Assembly (NCBI GenBank): GCA_963696805.1
Contig: CAVOLF010000006.1
Location: 375,092 to 439,091 of the forward strand
Direction of reading: 5' to 3'
Origin: an uncultured Rikenellaceae bacterium
Lineage (GTDB): Bacteria > Bacteroidota > Bacteroidia > Bacteroidales > VadinHA17
Length of the DNA stretch: 64,000 nucleotides
The position numbers and the translations under genes were made by a program. Each line of letters opens with the position of its first letter. Position 1 is the stretch's first letter. Under the pieces are notes generated by a model. That model saw nothing but the letters and a program-made list of their open reading frames with translations. It made no database searches and was not told the DNA's origin. Of this stretch, positions 27,117-36,795 are shown one piece after another.

Positions 27117-28157
27117 CTAACTTATGCCGGTTATGGCTGAAAGCATAAAATAGAGTCCTGCTGCCAGAAGCATTGATACAGGTATTGTCAGTATCCAGGC
27201 ATATAGCAGGTTGATGGTCACGCCCCATCTTACTGCCGTGACCCTTTTTGTCAGGCCTGTACCCATGATGGCGCCTGTTATGGTATGCGTGGTGCTCACA
27301 GGAATCCCAAAAGCTTCCGTTCCGAAGAGCAGCACCGCGCCGGCTGTCTCTGCAGCTACCCCCTCAAAGGGTGTCAGCTTGGTAATTTTTGATCCCATGG
27401 TCTTGACAATGCGCCAGCCTCCTATCAGGGTGCCAAATGCAATCGCCGTGTAACATCCCAGGACTATCCAGTGCGGTATGTCATGGACCTTCCCGTTTAC
27501 CATCTCTATCTGTGCCCAGTGAGGCACTTCATGCGCACCATGGAAATATACCATCAGTGCTGCCGCAATTATCCCCATCACTTTCTGGGCATCATTGCCG
27601 CCGTGTCCGAGGCTGAAGAGAGCTGATGAAAGAAGCTGGAAGCCCTTAAACCTCTTCTCGAGCCGGAACGGATTGCCCCTACGGCTGATCCAAAGGAGAA
27701 GGATCGACAGAAGATACGAAATGAACATACCCAGCAGGGGAGCCAGGAATATGAAAGCTGCAATCATTGCAATCTTACCCGTGTGCACAACACTCCATCC
27801 GGTGTAGGCTATGGCAGCACCGGCAAAACCCCCTACCAGCGTATGTGACGAGCTCGACGGGATACCGAGATACCAGGTAAGAAGGTTCCAGATGATGGCG
27901 GCAATTATCCCTGCCAGGATGACCATAAGAGTTATGGCAGAGGTGTCAACGATCTTGGCGATGGTGTCTACGATATTCAGCTCGAAAACAAGGTATGCCA
28001 GCCAGTTGAACGAGGCGGCCCAGAGAACTGCCTGAAAAGGGGTCAGAACCTTGGTGGAGACCACTGTGGCAATTGAATTGGCCGCGTCATGAAAGCCGTT
28101 GATCAGGTCAAAGGCAAATGCCAGGATAATTATTATTATCAGGATTGTGAAGTCCAT
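27117..28157 (-). CDS. Inorganic phosphate transporter, PiT family
   Basis: 346 aa, polytopic. Duplicated PiT signature GFHDAANSIAT … GGNDAQK. Confidence 0.9.
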   Translation of the reverse strand: MDFTILIIIIILAFAFDLINGFHDAANSIATVVSTKVLTPFQAVLWAASFNWLAYLVFELNIVDTIAKIVDTSAITLMVILAGIIAAIIWNLLTWYLGIPSSSSHTLVGGFAGAAIAYTGWSVVHTGKIAMIAAFIFLAPLLGMFISYLLSILLLWISRRGNPFRLEKRFKGFQLLSSALFSLGHGGNDAQKVMGIIAAALMVYFHGAHEVPHWAQIEMVNGKVHDIPHWIVLGCYTAIAFGTLIGGWRIVKTMGSKITKLTPFEGVAAETAGAVLLFGTEAFGIPVSTTHTITGAIMGTGLTKRVTAVRWGVTINLLYAWILTIPVSMLLAAGLYFMLSAITGIS

Positions 28158-28167
28158 CAGGAGTGTT

Positions 28168-28815
28168 TTAGGAGATTTTAATAATCACGGAGGAGAGAAT
28201 GTCTGCAACATCATCACAACGGTCAACAGCCTTTTCAAGGGCTGCCAGAACATCCTTCTTCTTGATCAGCTCAATGGCGTCAGTCTCCTCCTGGAACAGC
28301 TTCGCAAGATACCTGTGGTTGATGTCGTCGGCATGTTCCTCAATCTCCCCTATCCTGTGGCAATTGTCCTTGTATTTTGAAAGATTGAGCACATCACGGA
28401 GGCCGCTGAAGGCGGTGTTTATTTCAATCGATGCACTCCTTATTAACCCTGCCATATCACGGAACTCCTGGGGTATCACCTTCACCTTGTAGAGATGAGC
28501 CTGCTTTGCTGCACCGTGCATCAGGTCAAGTACGGAATCGGTGGTATGAATAAGCTCAAAGATATCCTCCCTGTCAAAAGGGGTGATGAATGTGCTGCTC
28601 AAGGCCTTGTAGAGGTTTTTTGCTATCTGGTCCCCTACCAGCTCAGCCTCCTTGATCTTCTGCCCCAGCACCTCCCGCTTGTCGGCCGAGGGCTCATTCA
28701 TGAACTCAACAAGAAGATCCGCCCCAACAATGAGATTGGCCGAGGCATCCTTGAACAATGGATAAAACTTGCCCTCCTTCGGGGCCAGGTACGAGAATAT
28801 CTTGTCGAGTTTCAT
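28168..28815 (-). CDS. DUF47/PhoU-like phosphate-transport regulator partner of PiT
   Basis: 215-aa helical protein immediately upstream of the PiT gene (10-nt gap). This is the conserved pairing of YkaA-like DUF47 proteins with Pit transporters. Confidence 0.75.
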   Translation of the reverse strand: MKLDKIFSYLAPKEGKFYPLFKDASANLIVGADLLVEFMNEPSADKREVLGQKIKEAELVGDQIAKNLYKALSSTFITPFDREDIFELIHTTDSVLDLMHGAAKQAHLYKVKVIPQEFRDMAGLIRSASIEINTAFSGLRDVLNLSKYKDNCHRIGEIEEHADDINHRYLAKLFQEETDAIELIKKKDVLAALEKAVDRCDDVADILSSVIIKIS

Positions 28816-28974
28816 CTGAGAATCAGGAATTGGTTGACCACCGGCAAAAATAAGCTAATGGATTCAGTCCGTAAAGGAGACAGGCAGGAATGTTCATTAA
28901 TTGTTAATTACTATTCTGCCTGAATTCTTGACGACTTTAGCTATATTAGCAGTTCGAACAACCAACTTTCCGGC

Positions 28975-30375
28975 ATGAAACTAACATTCTACGGGGCTGC
29001 CCGCGAGGTGACAGGCAGCAAAATCCTGGTCGAAACAGAACACGGTAAAAACATCCTTCTTGACTGCGGACAGTTCCAGGGGAAGGGGCTGGAGACTGAG
29101 GAGAAGAACAGGGCTTTGCTCTTTTCCCCTGCCTCGATTGATCACATAATTCTTACTCACGCCCATATTGACCATTCGGGATTGATCCCCTTCCTGCACC
29201 GTCACGGTTTCACCGGATCAGTTATATGCACCAATGCTACTCGCGATCTTTGTTCAATTATGCTGGCAGACTCAGGCAAGATACAGGAGCATGATACCTT
29301 CACCTTTAACAAAAAGAGGGCAAAGAGAGGCCAGCCCGCCGTTGACCCTCTATACACCCAGGCCGATGCCATCTCATCATTGAAGCTCTTCATCTCCGTT
29401 GCCTATGACCGTAAGTTCAGGATTGATGAGCATACCACGGTCAGGTTCACCAACACAGGCCATATGCTCGGCAGCGGAGTGGTCAGCCTGGAGCTCAAAG
29501 AGAAGGAAGGTATCAAGAGACTAGCCTACACAGGTGACATCGGCAGGCCTGTCAACAGGATTCTCAAGAGCCCCGAACCATTCCCCCAGGCAGATTACCT
29601 CATCACGGAATCAACCTATGGTGACCGTCTCCATCCGAACATGATGGAATCCGACGAGGAGCTCTTCAGGGTAGTGCACAGGACATGCGTCGAAAAGAAA
29701 GGCAAGCTCATCATCCCTGCCTTCAGCGTAGGAAGGACTCAGGAGATCGTTTACTCACTAAACACGCTGTATAATGCCAACCGCCTGCCCAGGGTTGACA
29801 TCTATGTAGACAGTCCGCTGTCAGTCAATGCGACCAATATCTTCAGGATGCATCCCGACTGCTTTAATGAAAATGTGAGGGAGGTGATGCTCACTGACCC
29901 TGATCCGTTCGGTTTCAACACCCTTTTCTATATCACATCGGTGGAACAATCAAAGAGCCTGAACGATATCAAGCAACCGGTGATCATAATCTCATCATCG
30001 GGCATGATGGAAGCCGGGCGTGTGAAGCATCACCTGGCAAACTGCATAAGTAATCCCGCCAACACAGTTCTTGCAGTAGGCTACTGCGCCCCATCAACAC
30101 TCGGTGCAAGACTCCTCAGAGGAGAAAAGGAGGTCTCAATACACGGCACTAAATACCCCGTGAATGCCGATATTGAGAGAATTGAATCCTATTCCGGCCA
30201 CGGTGATTACAGGGAGATGGGTGATTATCTCTCCTGCCAGGACCCTGCCAGGCTGAAAAACACCTTCCTTGTTCACGGTGAATATGAAACACAGGTTACT
30301 TACCGTTCCTATCTGGAGAAGATGGGAGTCAGCAATATTGAGATCCCGGCCTTGGAGAAATCTTATACTTTATGA
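28975..30375 (+). CDS. MBL-fold metallo-hydrolase of the beta-CASP RNA-metabolising family
   Basis: 466 aa. HAHIDHSG zinc motif, and later beta-CASP-type TESTYG and HGEY motifs. Confidence 0.8.
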   Translation: MKLTFYGAAREVTGSKILVETEHGKNILLDCGQFQGKGLETEEKNRALLFSPASIDHIILTHAHIDHSGLIPFLHRHGFTGSVICTNATRDLCSIMLADSGKIQEHDTFTFNKKRAKRGQPAVDPLYTQADAISSLKLFISVAYDRKFRIDEHTTVRFTNTGHMLGSGVVSLELKEKEGIKRLAYTGDIGRPVNRILKSPEPFPQADYLITESTYGDRLHPNMMESDEELFRVVHRTCVEKKGKLIIPAFSVGRTQEIVYSLNTLYNANRLPRVDIYVDSPLSVNATNIFRMHPDCFNENVREVMLTDPDPFGFNTLFYITSVEQSKSLNDIKQPVIIISSSGMMEAGRVKHHLANCISNPANTVLAVGYCAPSTLGARLLRGEKEVSIHGTKYPVNADIERIESYSGHGDYREMGDYLSCQDPARLKNTFLVHGEYETQVTYRSYLEKMGVSNIEIPALEKSYTL

Positions 30376-30412
30376 TTTTTATGATATTTCTTTCACACTC
30401 GAACCGAAAGTC

Positions 30413-30420
30413 TATTTTTG
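30413..30420 (+). promoter_or_regulatory. Candidate -7 promoter box for the antiporter gene
   Basis: TATTTTTG matches TAnnTTTG and lies 19 nt before the ATG at 30439. No clear -33 TTG. Confidence 0.35.
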
Positions 30421-30438
30421 CACAAAAATTCCTGAGAT

Positions 30439-31908
30439 ATGTTCATTTTAATGGTTGTTCTCTTTTTGCTGGGTTACCTGGCAATTGCTCTCGAGCATCC
30501 TCTCAAGATTGAGAAGGCTGCCAGCGCTCTCCTCCTGGGGTCCATTCTGTGGGCTCTTTATGCTCTCTTCAGTGAACAGGTTCTGGCTCTCGGCTTCTCC
30601 CCTTCATGGGAGGAGCTAAAAATGATGGCCCAGGAGATACTTCACAACATCGTTCCCTCGATGAGTTCAGATCAGTTTGCCACCTCACCCTTCCGTGAGA
30701 CTGTAGAGCTTGCAGGTCATTCAAACGCCTTTGTTAAAGAAGAACTGGCTCATCACCTGGTCGATATCGCCGAGATACTCTTCTTCCTCTTCGGTGCTAT
30801 GACTATCGTCGAGGTCATTGATCAGCACCAGGGCTTCACAGTGATTACCAACAGGATCAATACAAGAAGCAAGGTCAGGCTGATCTGGGTGCTGGGTTTC
30901 ATCACCTTTTTCATGTCAGCTGTTCTTGACAACCTGACCACAACCATTGTAATGATTGCCCTTCTCAGGAAGCTCATTTCTGATAAACCTACAAGATGGC
31001 TCTTTGCCAGTATGATCGTGATTGCAGCTAACGCCGGTGGTGCATGGTCTCCGATTGGCGACGTCACCACAATCATGCTCTGGATAGGTGGACAGATAAC
31101 TACGGTCAATATCATAGTGAAGGTCATTTTGCCAAGCCTTGTCAACATGATCGTGCCCCTTGCCATACTTTCATTCATGGTCTCCGGCGAGATCAGGAGG
31201 CCTGACAGGGCTCTCCAGTCAGCCGACATCACCACACCCTTTGAGAGAGGCTTCATGCTTATCCTGGGTGTCTCCATGCTCTTGTTCGTCCCGGTATTCA
31301 AGACTCTCACCCATCTTCCGCCTTATGTCGGCATGCTCTTCGGACTCGGCGTACTGTGGCTGGTATCAGAGATAATGCACCGCGACAAGGAAGATGAAGT
31401 AAGGAAAAAACTGACTATCTACAACATTGTAAAGAAGGTAGACACTCCTACCATATTCTTCTTCCTGGGAATCCTCTCTGCCGTCGCCGCCCTTCAGAGT
31501 GCGGGGCACCTGAGCCTGCTTGCGGGATGGCTTGACGAGAAGCTCGGCGACATCTTCCTGATCAACCTGGCTATTGGAGCGATCTCAGCCGTGGTTGACA
31601 ACGTTCCTCTGGTTGCCGGAGCAATGGGGATGTACGATGTGGTTACTCCTGACATGCTGCGTATGGCTGCCGACCCGGCATATGCCAGCTTCTTCGTGCA
31701 GGACGGACTGTTCTGGGAGTTCCTTGCCTATTGCGCAGGTACCGGCGGAAGTATGCTTATCATAGGCTCGGCTGCCGGTGTGGCTGCCATGGGCCTTGAG
31801 AGGATTGATTTCATCTGGTATATGAAGAAGATATCATGGCTGGCGCTGGTCGGATACCTGGCCGGTGCAGCTGTTTACTGGGGCCAGGCACAGATCCTTC
31901 ATGGGTAG
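30439..31908 (+). CDS. NhaD/ArsB-superfamily Na+/H+ antiporter-like permease
   Basis: 489 aa, about 12 or more TM helices. Overall resemblance to NhaD-type antiporters. Family call only; substrate not determinable. Confidence 0.6.
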   Translation: MFILMVVLFLLGYLAIALEHPLKIEKAASALLLGSILWALYALFSEQVLALGFSPSWEELKMMAQEILHNIVPSMSSDQFATSPFRETVELAGHSNAFVKEELAHHLVDIAEILFFLFGAMTIVEVIDQHQGFTVITNRINTRSKVRLIWVLGFITFFMSAVLDNLTTTIVMIALLRKLISDKPTRWLFASMIVIAANAGGAWSPIGDVTTIMLWIGGQITTVNIIVKVILPSLVNMIVPLAILSFMVSGEIRRPDRALQSADITTPFERGFMLILGVSMLLFVPVFKTLTHLPPYVGMLFGLGVLWLVSEIMHRDKEDEVRKKLTIYNIVKKVDTPTIFFFLGILSAVAALQSAGHLSLLAGWLDEKLGDIFLINLAIGAISAVVDNVPLVAGAMGMYDVVTPDMLRMAADPAYASFFVQDGLFWEFLAYCAGTGGSMLIIGSAAGVAAMGLERIDFIWYMKKISWLALVGYLAGAAVYWGQAQILHG

Positions 31909-31934
31909 TAATCAGTTCATGTTCAACATAAAAA

Positions 31935-31965
31935 CGAGAGGCCGGAACCCCGGCCTCTCGTTTTT
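31935..31965. terminator. Bidirectional rho-independent terminator between convergent genes
   Basis: aaaaa-cgagaggccgg-aacc-ccggcctctcg-ttttt: an 11-bp GC-rich perfect stem with a 4-nt loop, flanked by an A-run and a T-run. It sits between the stops at 31908 (+) and 31977 (-). Confidence 0.85.
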
Positions 31966-31976
31966 AATTCATAATC

Positions 31977-32282
31977 CTAGTATCTCGGTTCACGATCCTT
32001 GTCGCGGAAGTCGCGGCGCGGTCTGAAAGGCTTCTTTTCTGCCTTGGGCTCAGATCTCTTGACGATAATCTGACTACCATCAAGCTCTGAGTTGTTTAGT
32101 TTTTCTATAGCTTCATAACCTGCACGGTCATCGGCCATCTCTACGAAACCATAACGCTTCGAAAAGCCGGTCTCACGGTCCATAATAACTTTTGCGGAGA
32201 TCACCTCTCCAAATTTGCTGAAAAGTTCCTGAAGGTCTTCTGCTTTGGTTACAGAGCTCAGCTTGGCTACAAAAATGTTCAT
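31977..32282 (-). CDS. RRM-type RNA-binding protein
   Basis: 101 aa. RNP-2 NIFVAKL and RNP-1 RYGFVEM, with a basic Arg/Lys/Asp-rich tail. Confidence 0.9.
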   Translation of the reverse strand: MNIFVAKLSSVTKAEDLQELFSKFGEVISAKVIMDRETGFSKRYGFVEMADDRAGYEAIEKLNNSELDGSQIIVKRSEPKAEKKPFRPRRDFRDKDREPRY

Positions 32283-32380
32283 CTGAAAATTAATTAAAAT
32301 GTTAATAAAAATATCTAAATCAGCAGGTTAGCCCAATGCTGACAAAAGTCAGTCAATCAGACCTTCACTGCCAATCAATA

Positions 32381-32412
32381 CAAAGGTATTTAATTTATTT
32401 TAACATTTCCAA
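32381..32412 (-). promoter_or_regulatory. Candidate promoter of the RRM gene
   Basis: Plus-strand CAAAGGTA (32381-32388) is the reverse complement of TAccTTTG. A TTG (plus-strand caa, 32410-32412) lies 21 nt upstream. This predicts a leader of about 90 nt. Confidence 0.5.
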
Positions 32413-32446
32413 ATTTATTTAAATATTTGAAAATGACGCAATGAGA

Positions 32447-32477
32447 GGCAGACCTGGCCGGTTTATAAAGGTCTGCC
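32447..32477 (-). terminator. Candidate terminator hairpin downstream of the aminopeptidase P gene
   Basis: 9-bp perfect stem, ggcagacct (32447-32455) pairing with aggtctgcc (32469-32477), 13-nt loop. There is no tight U-run, hence the low confidence. Confidence 0.3.
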
Positions 32478-32650
32478 GGTGCGACCTCAAGCCACTTCCC
32501 GGGTTTTGAAAAAACAAGCTCTTTCTGTTCGTCCGGCAGGTTTTTTATCATGGTGCCATGAGAGCCCTCCGGTCTGACAATTTTCACAACCTTTTTGTTT
32601 TTGCCCGGATCAGCTGCGGTGGCTGACCTTGTTCTGTTGTTAAATTCTGA

Positions 32651-34462
32651 TTACCTTCCTGTTCTTGTTAATGGGCGCGTCTTTGCCCTGAGCCACTTCT
32701 GCTCATCAGCCGCCAGTAAGGGTGACAGTTCCGACCAGACTTTCTCATGATAGCTGTTCAGCCAATTTAGCTCCTTCGCATCAAGAAGGGATACCTCCAT
32801 AAGAGATGAGTCAATATGACAGAGTGTCACGGTCTCAAATTTAAGGAATCTGCCGTGGTCCGTCTCATTGTCATCAACGCATAGTATCAGGTTTTCTGTT
32901 CGGAAGCCGTACCTGCCCTCCCTGTATGTTGCAGGCTCATCTGATATGACCATACCGGGTTCAAGCACTGTCTTCAGGTCGCCGGTGGCAGCAGACCCTA
33001 TGGTCTGCGGGCCCTCGTGCACATTAAGGAAGCTGCCCACACCATGCCCTGTCCCGTGCCCGTAGTTCAGCCCGTTATCCCAAAGGGCCTTCCTGGCCAG
33101 CACTTCTATCTGATAACCCCTTGTGCCATATGGAAATTTAACCGTGGCAAGGCCAATGGTTCCTTTCAGGGCCAGGGTAAAATCCCTCTTCATGTCATCA
33201 TCTGGCAGGCCCACGGCAATTGTCCTTGTTGTGTCGGTCGTTCCACCGTAGTACTGTCCGCCGGAGTCAAGCAGAAAGATGCCTGTCAAGCCTAACCTTG
33301 CATTGGTTTCCGGTGACGGCACATAATGGGGAAGAGCCGCATGACCGTTCCATGCAGCAATTGTGGCAAAGGAAAGCCCCGTGCACCCCTCCTGTTCCAG
33401 CCTGAATGCCTCCAGTTTTGCCGAGGCTGACAGTTCCGTCACAGTGCCGCTGCCAATGTTTTTCTCAAGCCAGTACAAGAAACGGGTAAGGGCCACGCCG
33501 TCACGGATCATCACCTCCCGGAGATTATTAATCTCTGTCTGATTTTTTATTGCCTTGAGCCGGGTGGGAATGCTCACCTCCCCGGTAACCCTGGTGCCCC
33601 CGGGCAGGGACGTATAAAGTGCTGCAGAGGTTGTTGCCGGGTTAAGCAGAACAGAGCATTTTTCAGGCAGAGAGCTGAGGACCGGTCCGGTCATGTCATA
33701 AGGCAGCAGTACCACTCCGTCATTATCAAACTCTCCTTTCATGACGGCAGGTATCTTCTCCTCACTGGCAAACAGCAGCACCTGCCGGGCACTGACAATG
33801 GCAAACGAAAGGAGAAGCGGACTATAGGTTATGTCGGCTCCCCGGATATTGAGAAGCCACATGATGTCATCACAAGAGGTGAGCAGGTGAAAATTAATCT
33901 TCATCTCCTCCATCCTTTGCCTCACCCTGGTGATCTTATCACTGCGGCTTTCCCCCGCGTATTCAATGGGATGGGCGAATGCCATGTCACCTGGCAGAGA
34001 AGGCCTTTCAGTCCATACGCGGCTCACCAGGTCTCCCTTCAGGGTCAGTTTAACACCCTTCTCCGCCAGACGAGCCTTCAGCAGGGCCATCTGGTCCGCT
34101 GAGATCAGCCTCCCGTCAACGGCTACCCTGCTGCCCTTCTTCATGGTATCAGCGATCCACCCGATATGCTCCGGCGTGTGAGGCACCTTAAGTCTTACCA
34201 GCTTAAATCCCGAATCCTTCAACTGCTCTTCGGCCTGGATAAAATATCGGCTGTCGGTCCAGAGACCGGCAAATGACCGTGTGATCACAACAGTCGCGGC
34301 AGAGCCCGTGAACCCGGTCAGCCACCTTATCACCCGCCAGTGGTCCGGCACATACTCACCGAGATGAGGGTCCGATGATGGTACAATAAGTGCATCAACT
34401 GACTTTTTTTTCATCACCGACCGCACTGAGGCGAGCCGGCTTTTAAAGGGGTTAGCAGCCAT
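32651..34462 (-). CDS. Xaa-Pro aminopeptidase (aminopeptidase P, M24B) with tandem creatinase-like N-domains
   Basis: 603 aa. M24 metal-binding signature HGTGHGVGSFLNVHEGP and the C-terminal M24B extension. Confidence 0.88.
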   Translation of the reverse strand: MAANPFKSRLASVRSVMKKKSVDALIVPSSDPHLGEYVPDHWRVIRWLTGFTGSAATVVITRSFAGLWTDSRYFIQAEEQLKDSGFKLVRLKVPHTPEHIGWIADTMKKGSRVAVDGRLISADQMALLKARLAEKGVKLTLKGDLVSRVWTERPSLPGDMAFAHPIEYAGESRSDKITRVRQRMEEMKINFHLLTSCDDIMWLLNIRGADITYSPLLLSFAIVSARQVLLFASEEKIPAVMKGEFDNDGVVLLPYDMTGPVLSSLPEKCSVLLNPATTSAALYTSLPGGTRVTGEVSIPTRLKAIKNQTEINNLREVMIRDGVALTRFLYWLEKNIGSGTVTELSASAKLEAFRLEQEGCTGLSFATIAAWNGHAALPHYVPSPETNARLGLTGIFLLDSGGQYYGGTTDTTRTIAVGLPDDDMKRDFTLALKGTIGLATVKFPYGTRGYQIEVLARKALWDNGLNYGHGTGHGVGSFLNVHEGPQTIGSAATGDLKTVLEPGMVISDEPATYREGRYGFRTENLILCVDDNETDHGRFLKFETVTLCHIDSSLMEVSLLDAKELNWLNSYHEKVWSELSPLLAADEQKWLRAKTRPLTRTGR

Positions 34463-34473
34463 TGCCTTCAGTG

Positions 34474-36657
34474 CTAAAGGTCCTCCTTGCCAAAGAAATG
34501 CTTCAGCCAGAATTTATTACCTTCGTTGGTCATGAACACCCTTTTTGGTCCTCCCCAGCCGTGACGCTCACCCGGATAGATCATCATTTCAAATGGCTTA
34601 TTGAGATCCTGGAGAGTTGTTACCAGCCATATGGTGTTCTGCATATGCACGTTGTCATCCATGTCTCCGTGACGTATCAGCAACTTCCCTTTCAGATTCC
34701 CGGAATGTGTCAGTGCCGACCCTGCCAGGTAGCCATCAGGATTCTGTTCGGGAGTGTCCATGTACCTTTCGGTATAAACATTGTCATATAATTTCCAGTC
34801 AGTGACTGAGTAATCAGCTATGCCATGTGTCCAGTATCCGGAACCTGCAGTAAGTGCCATGCAGGTTACGTAGCCACCGTAAGATCCTCCGGTTATGCCT
34901 ATGCGTGAAGAATCAACCCATGGCTGGTTCCGTAGCCACTTCACTGCATCGGAATAATCGGAAATCTCCCATTTTCCAAGTGACCTGTGCATGTAATCAA
35001 GGCCCTTTTTCCCAAATGTGCCTGACCCGCGATGGTCAACATTGATGGTGATAATGCCATTCTCGGCGTACCAGCGGGGCTGGTATCCAATCCACCTGTT
35101 CCTTATGCTTCCGGCATCCGGACCGCCGTAAATGGTGAAGACGACCGGATAGCTCTTTGCAGTGTCAAAACCAACCGGGTAAGTTATCAGGGCAGGCATG
35201 TCAAACAGCCCGTCAGAGGTTTTTATTCTTACCAACTCTACCCTGTGATGTTTCTGAGAATCCCACTCAATCTTCTCCTCGCGGTGAATGTTCCTGACAG
35301 TCCTCCCCTTACGGTCAATGAGGTTAATCGCTCCGGGGTCCTTAAGACTGCTCCAGGTGTCGAGGACCCAGGAGCCTCCGGGCGATACTGATGCTGAATG
35401 GTAACCTTCACCTGTCGTCAGCTGGAGAAGCCTGGTGCCGTCGAGCCGCACCCTGAACAGGTGGTTATCCAATGCCTCCGGACCGGTACCGCTGAAATAA
35501 ACCTCTTTGCTGGCCTCGTCAACCCTGACAATCTCATTGACTTTCCAGTTGAAGTTGGTCACCTGAGACTTCAGAGAGCCGTCCCATCCATAATAATAGA
35601 GATTGTGCCAGTCGTTTCTATAGCTCCTTACAATGAATCCGCTGCCATCGTTCAATACATGTATGTCCTCAAAGAAATCTACCCATGTCGGCCGTGTCTC
35701 CCTGTATACTTCCTTATAATCTCCTGTTGCAGCATCTGCGAGTATAAACCTCATGTCGTTCTGGTCACGGTTCAGAACCTGGACCATCAGTTTCCTGCCA
35801 TCGGGGGTCCATGATGGCCATGCTATATACTGGTCAATATCCCCGTCAGTCTTTAACCAGGTGGTTCTGGCTGTCGGGAGCTCAACGATACCCATCTTTA
35901 CCATGGGGTTCGGATCTCCTGATTTCGGATAATGTGCTTCCTCAAGCTGGCCACGCGGGCCGTCACTATCCTCGAGCCTGTTGAGGTACCAGATAGGAAC
36001 TGGATTGTCATCAGTATGGAGGTAGGCAATCCGTTCAGCGTCAGGGGACCACCAGAATGCCGCATACCTGGAGGCTCTGCCAAGGATCTCCTCATAATAG
36101 ACCCATGATGCCCAGCCGTTATAAATCTTATCGCTGGCATCAAAGGTGAGTCTCGTCTCTTTCTTCTGATCAAGATCATAGAAATAAAGATCCCTCTCCT
36201 TCGTATAGGCTAACTTCCTGTCTCCGGGGGCAAATCTCATATTTACCTCCTTTTTCTCATCTGCGGTCAGTTTGACGCCCTCAGGGTTTCCGGCTGAATA
36301 GTACCACAGGTCGTTGTCACGGATTACTACTACTGCCTTCATATCCGAAGCAACAGCCATGTCAGGCCCCGGTGCAACGCCCTCGGGCAGCAGATCACTC
36401 AGCTTCTGCATATCAGTCCGGTACGCTTCAACTTTCACTGATTTACCCGTTCTGCAGTCATATTCCTTTGTGACAAGATTCTTCTCATCCCTGACCAGAG
36501 GCTTATTTTCATCATCGTATAACCTGATCAACATGCGGTTATCATCGATCCACTTAATTAAACCCGGCTTGTATTCAGGTCCCGGCCTCTGTCCGTTAAG
36601 GGTCACACTGAAGATCAGCAGCAGTGAGATCTGAAGAAACATGAACATCTGTTTCAT
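34474..36657 (-). CDS. Dipeptidyl-peptidase IV (S9B prolyl oligopeptidase family), secreted
   Basis: 727 aa with a signal peptide. Beta-propeller N-half, then catalytic GGSYGGY (Ser), HGDMDDNVH (Asp) and GERHGW (His). Confidence 0.9.
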   Translation of the reverse strand: MKQMFMFLQISLLLIFSVTLNGQRPGPEYKPGLIKWIDDNRMLIRLYDDENKPLVRDEKNLVTKEYDCRTGKSVKVEAYRTDMQKLSDLLPEGVAPGPDMAVASDMKAVVVIRDNDLWYYSAGNPEGVKLTADEKKEVNMRFAPGDRKLAYTKERDLYFYDLDQKKETRLTFDASDKIYNGWASWVYYEEILGRASRYAAFWWSPDAERIAYLHTDDNPVPIWYLNRLEDSDGPRGQLEEAHYPKSGDPNPMVKMGIVELPTARTTWLKTDGDIDQYIAWPSWTPDGRKLMVQVLNRDQNDMRFILADAATGDYKEVYRETRPTWVDFFEDIHVLNDGSGFIVRSYRNDWHNLYYYGWDGSLKSQVTNFNWKVNEIVRVDEASKEVYFSGTGPEALDNHLFRVRLDGTRLLQLTTGEGYHSASVSPGGSWVLDTWSSLKDPGAINLIDRKGRTVRNIHREEKIEWDSQKHHRVELVRIKTSDGLFDMPALITYPVGFDTAKSYPVVFTIYGGPDAGSIRNRWIGYQPRWYAENGIITINVDHRGSGTFGKKGLDYMHRSLGKWEISDYSDAVKWLRNQPWVDSSRIGITGGSYGGYVTCMALTAGSGYWTHGIADYSVTDWKLYDNVYTERYMDTPEQNPDGYLAGSALTHSGNLKGKLLIRHGDMDDNVHMQNTIWLVTTLQDLNKPFEMMIYPGERHGWGGPKRVFMTNEGNKFWLKHFFGKEDL

Positions 36658-36694
36658 AATAATGATTTTGTGGTTAAGTTTGGTTTATTACAAA

Positions 36695-36702
36695 CAAATA
36701 TA
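36695..36702 (-). promoter_or_regulatory. Candidate -7 promoter box for the DPP-IV gene
   Basis: Plus-strand CAAATATA is the reverse complement of TAtaTTTG, 38 nt upstream of the ATG at 36657. Confidence 0.4.
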
Positions 36703-36795
36703 GCAAAGTTAGGGGTGGCTCCTTGTTAAGATGTCTTGGAACACATTATCAAAAGCCGGAAGATATGCTTACTTTTACATTTCTATCAGAGCAGC

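Noticed and set aside
32390-32587. 65-aa ORF (GTG start) in the gap between the aminopeptidase P and RRM genes.
   Set aside because: It overlaps both the predicted RRM promoter (-33/-7 boxes) and a 9-bp terminator-like hairpin. It has no motif and a non-ATG start. It cannot be excluded without conservation or Ribo-seq data.
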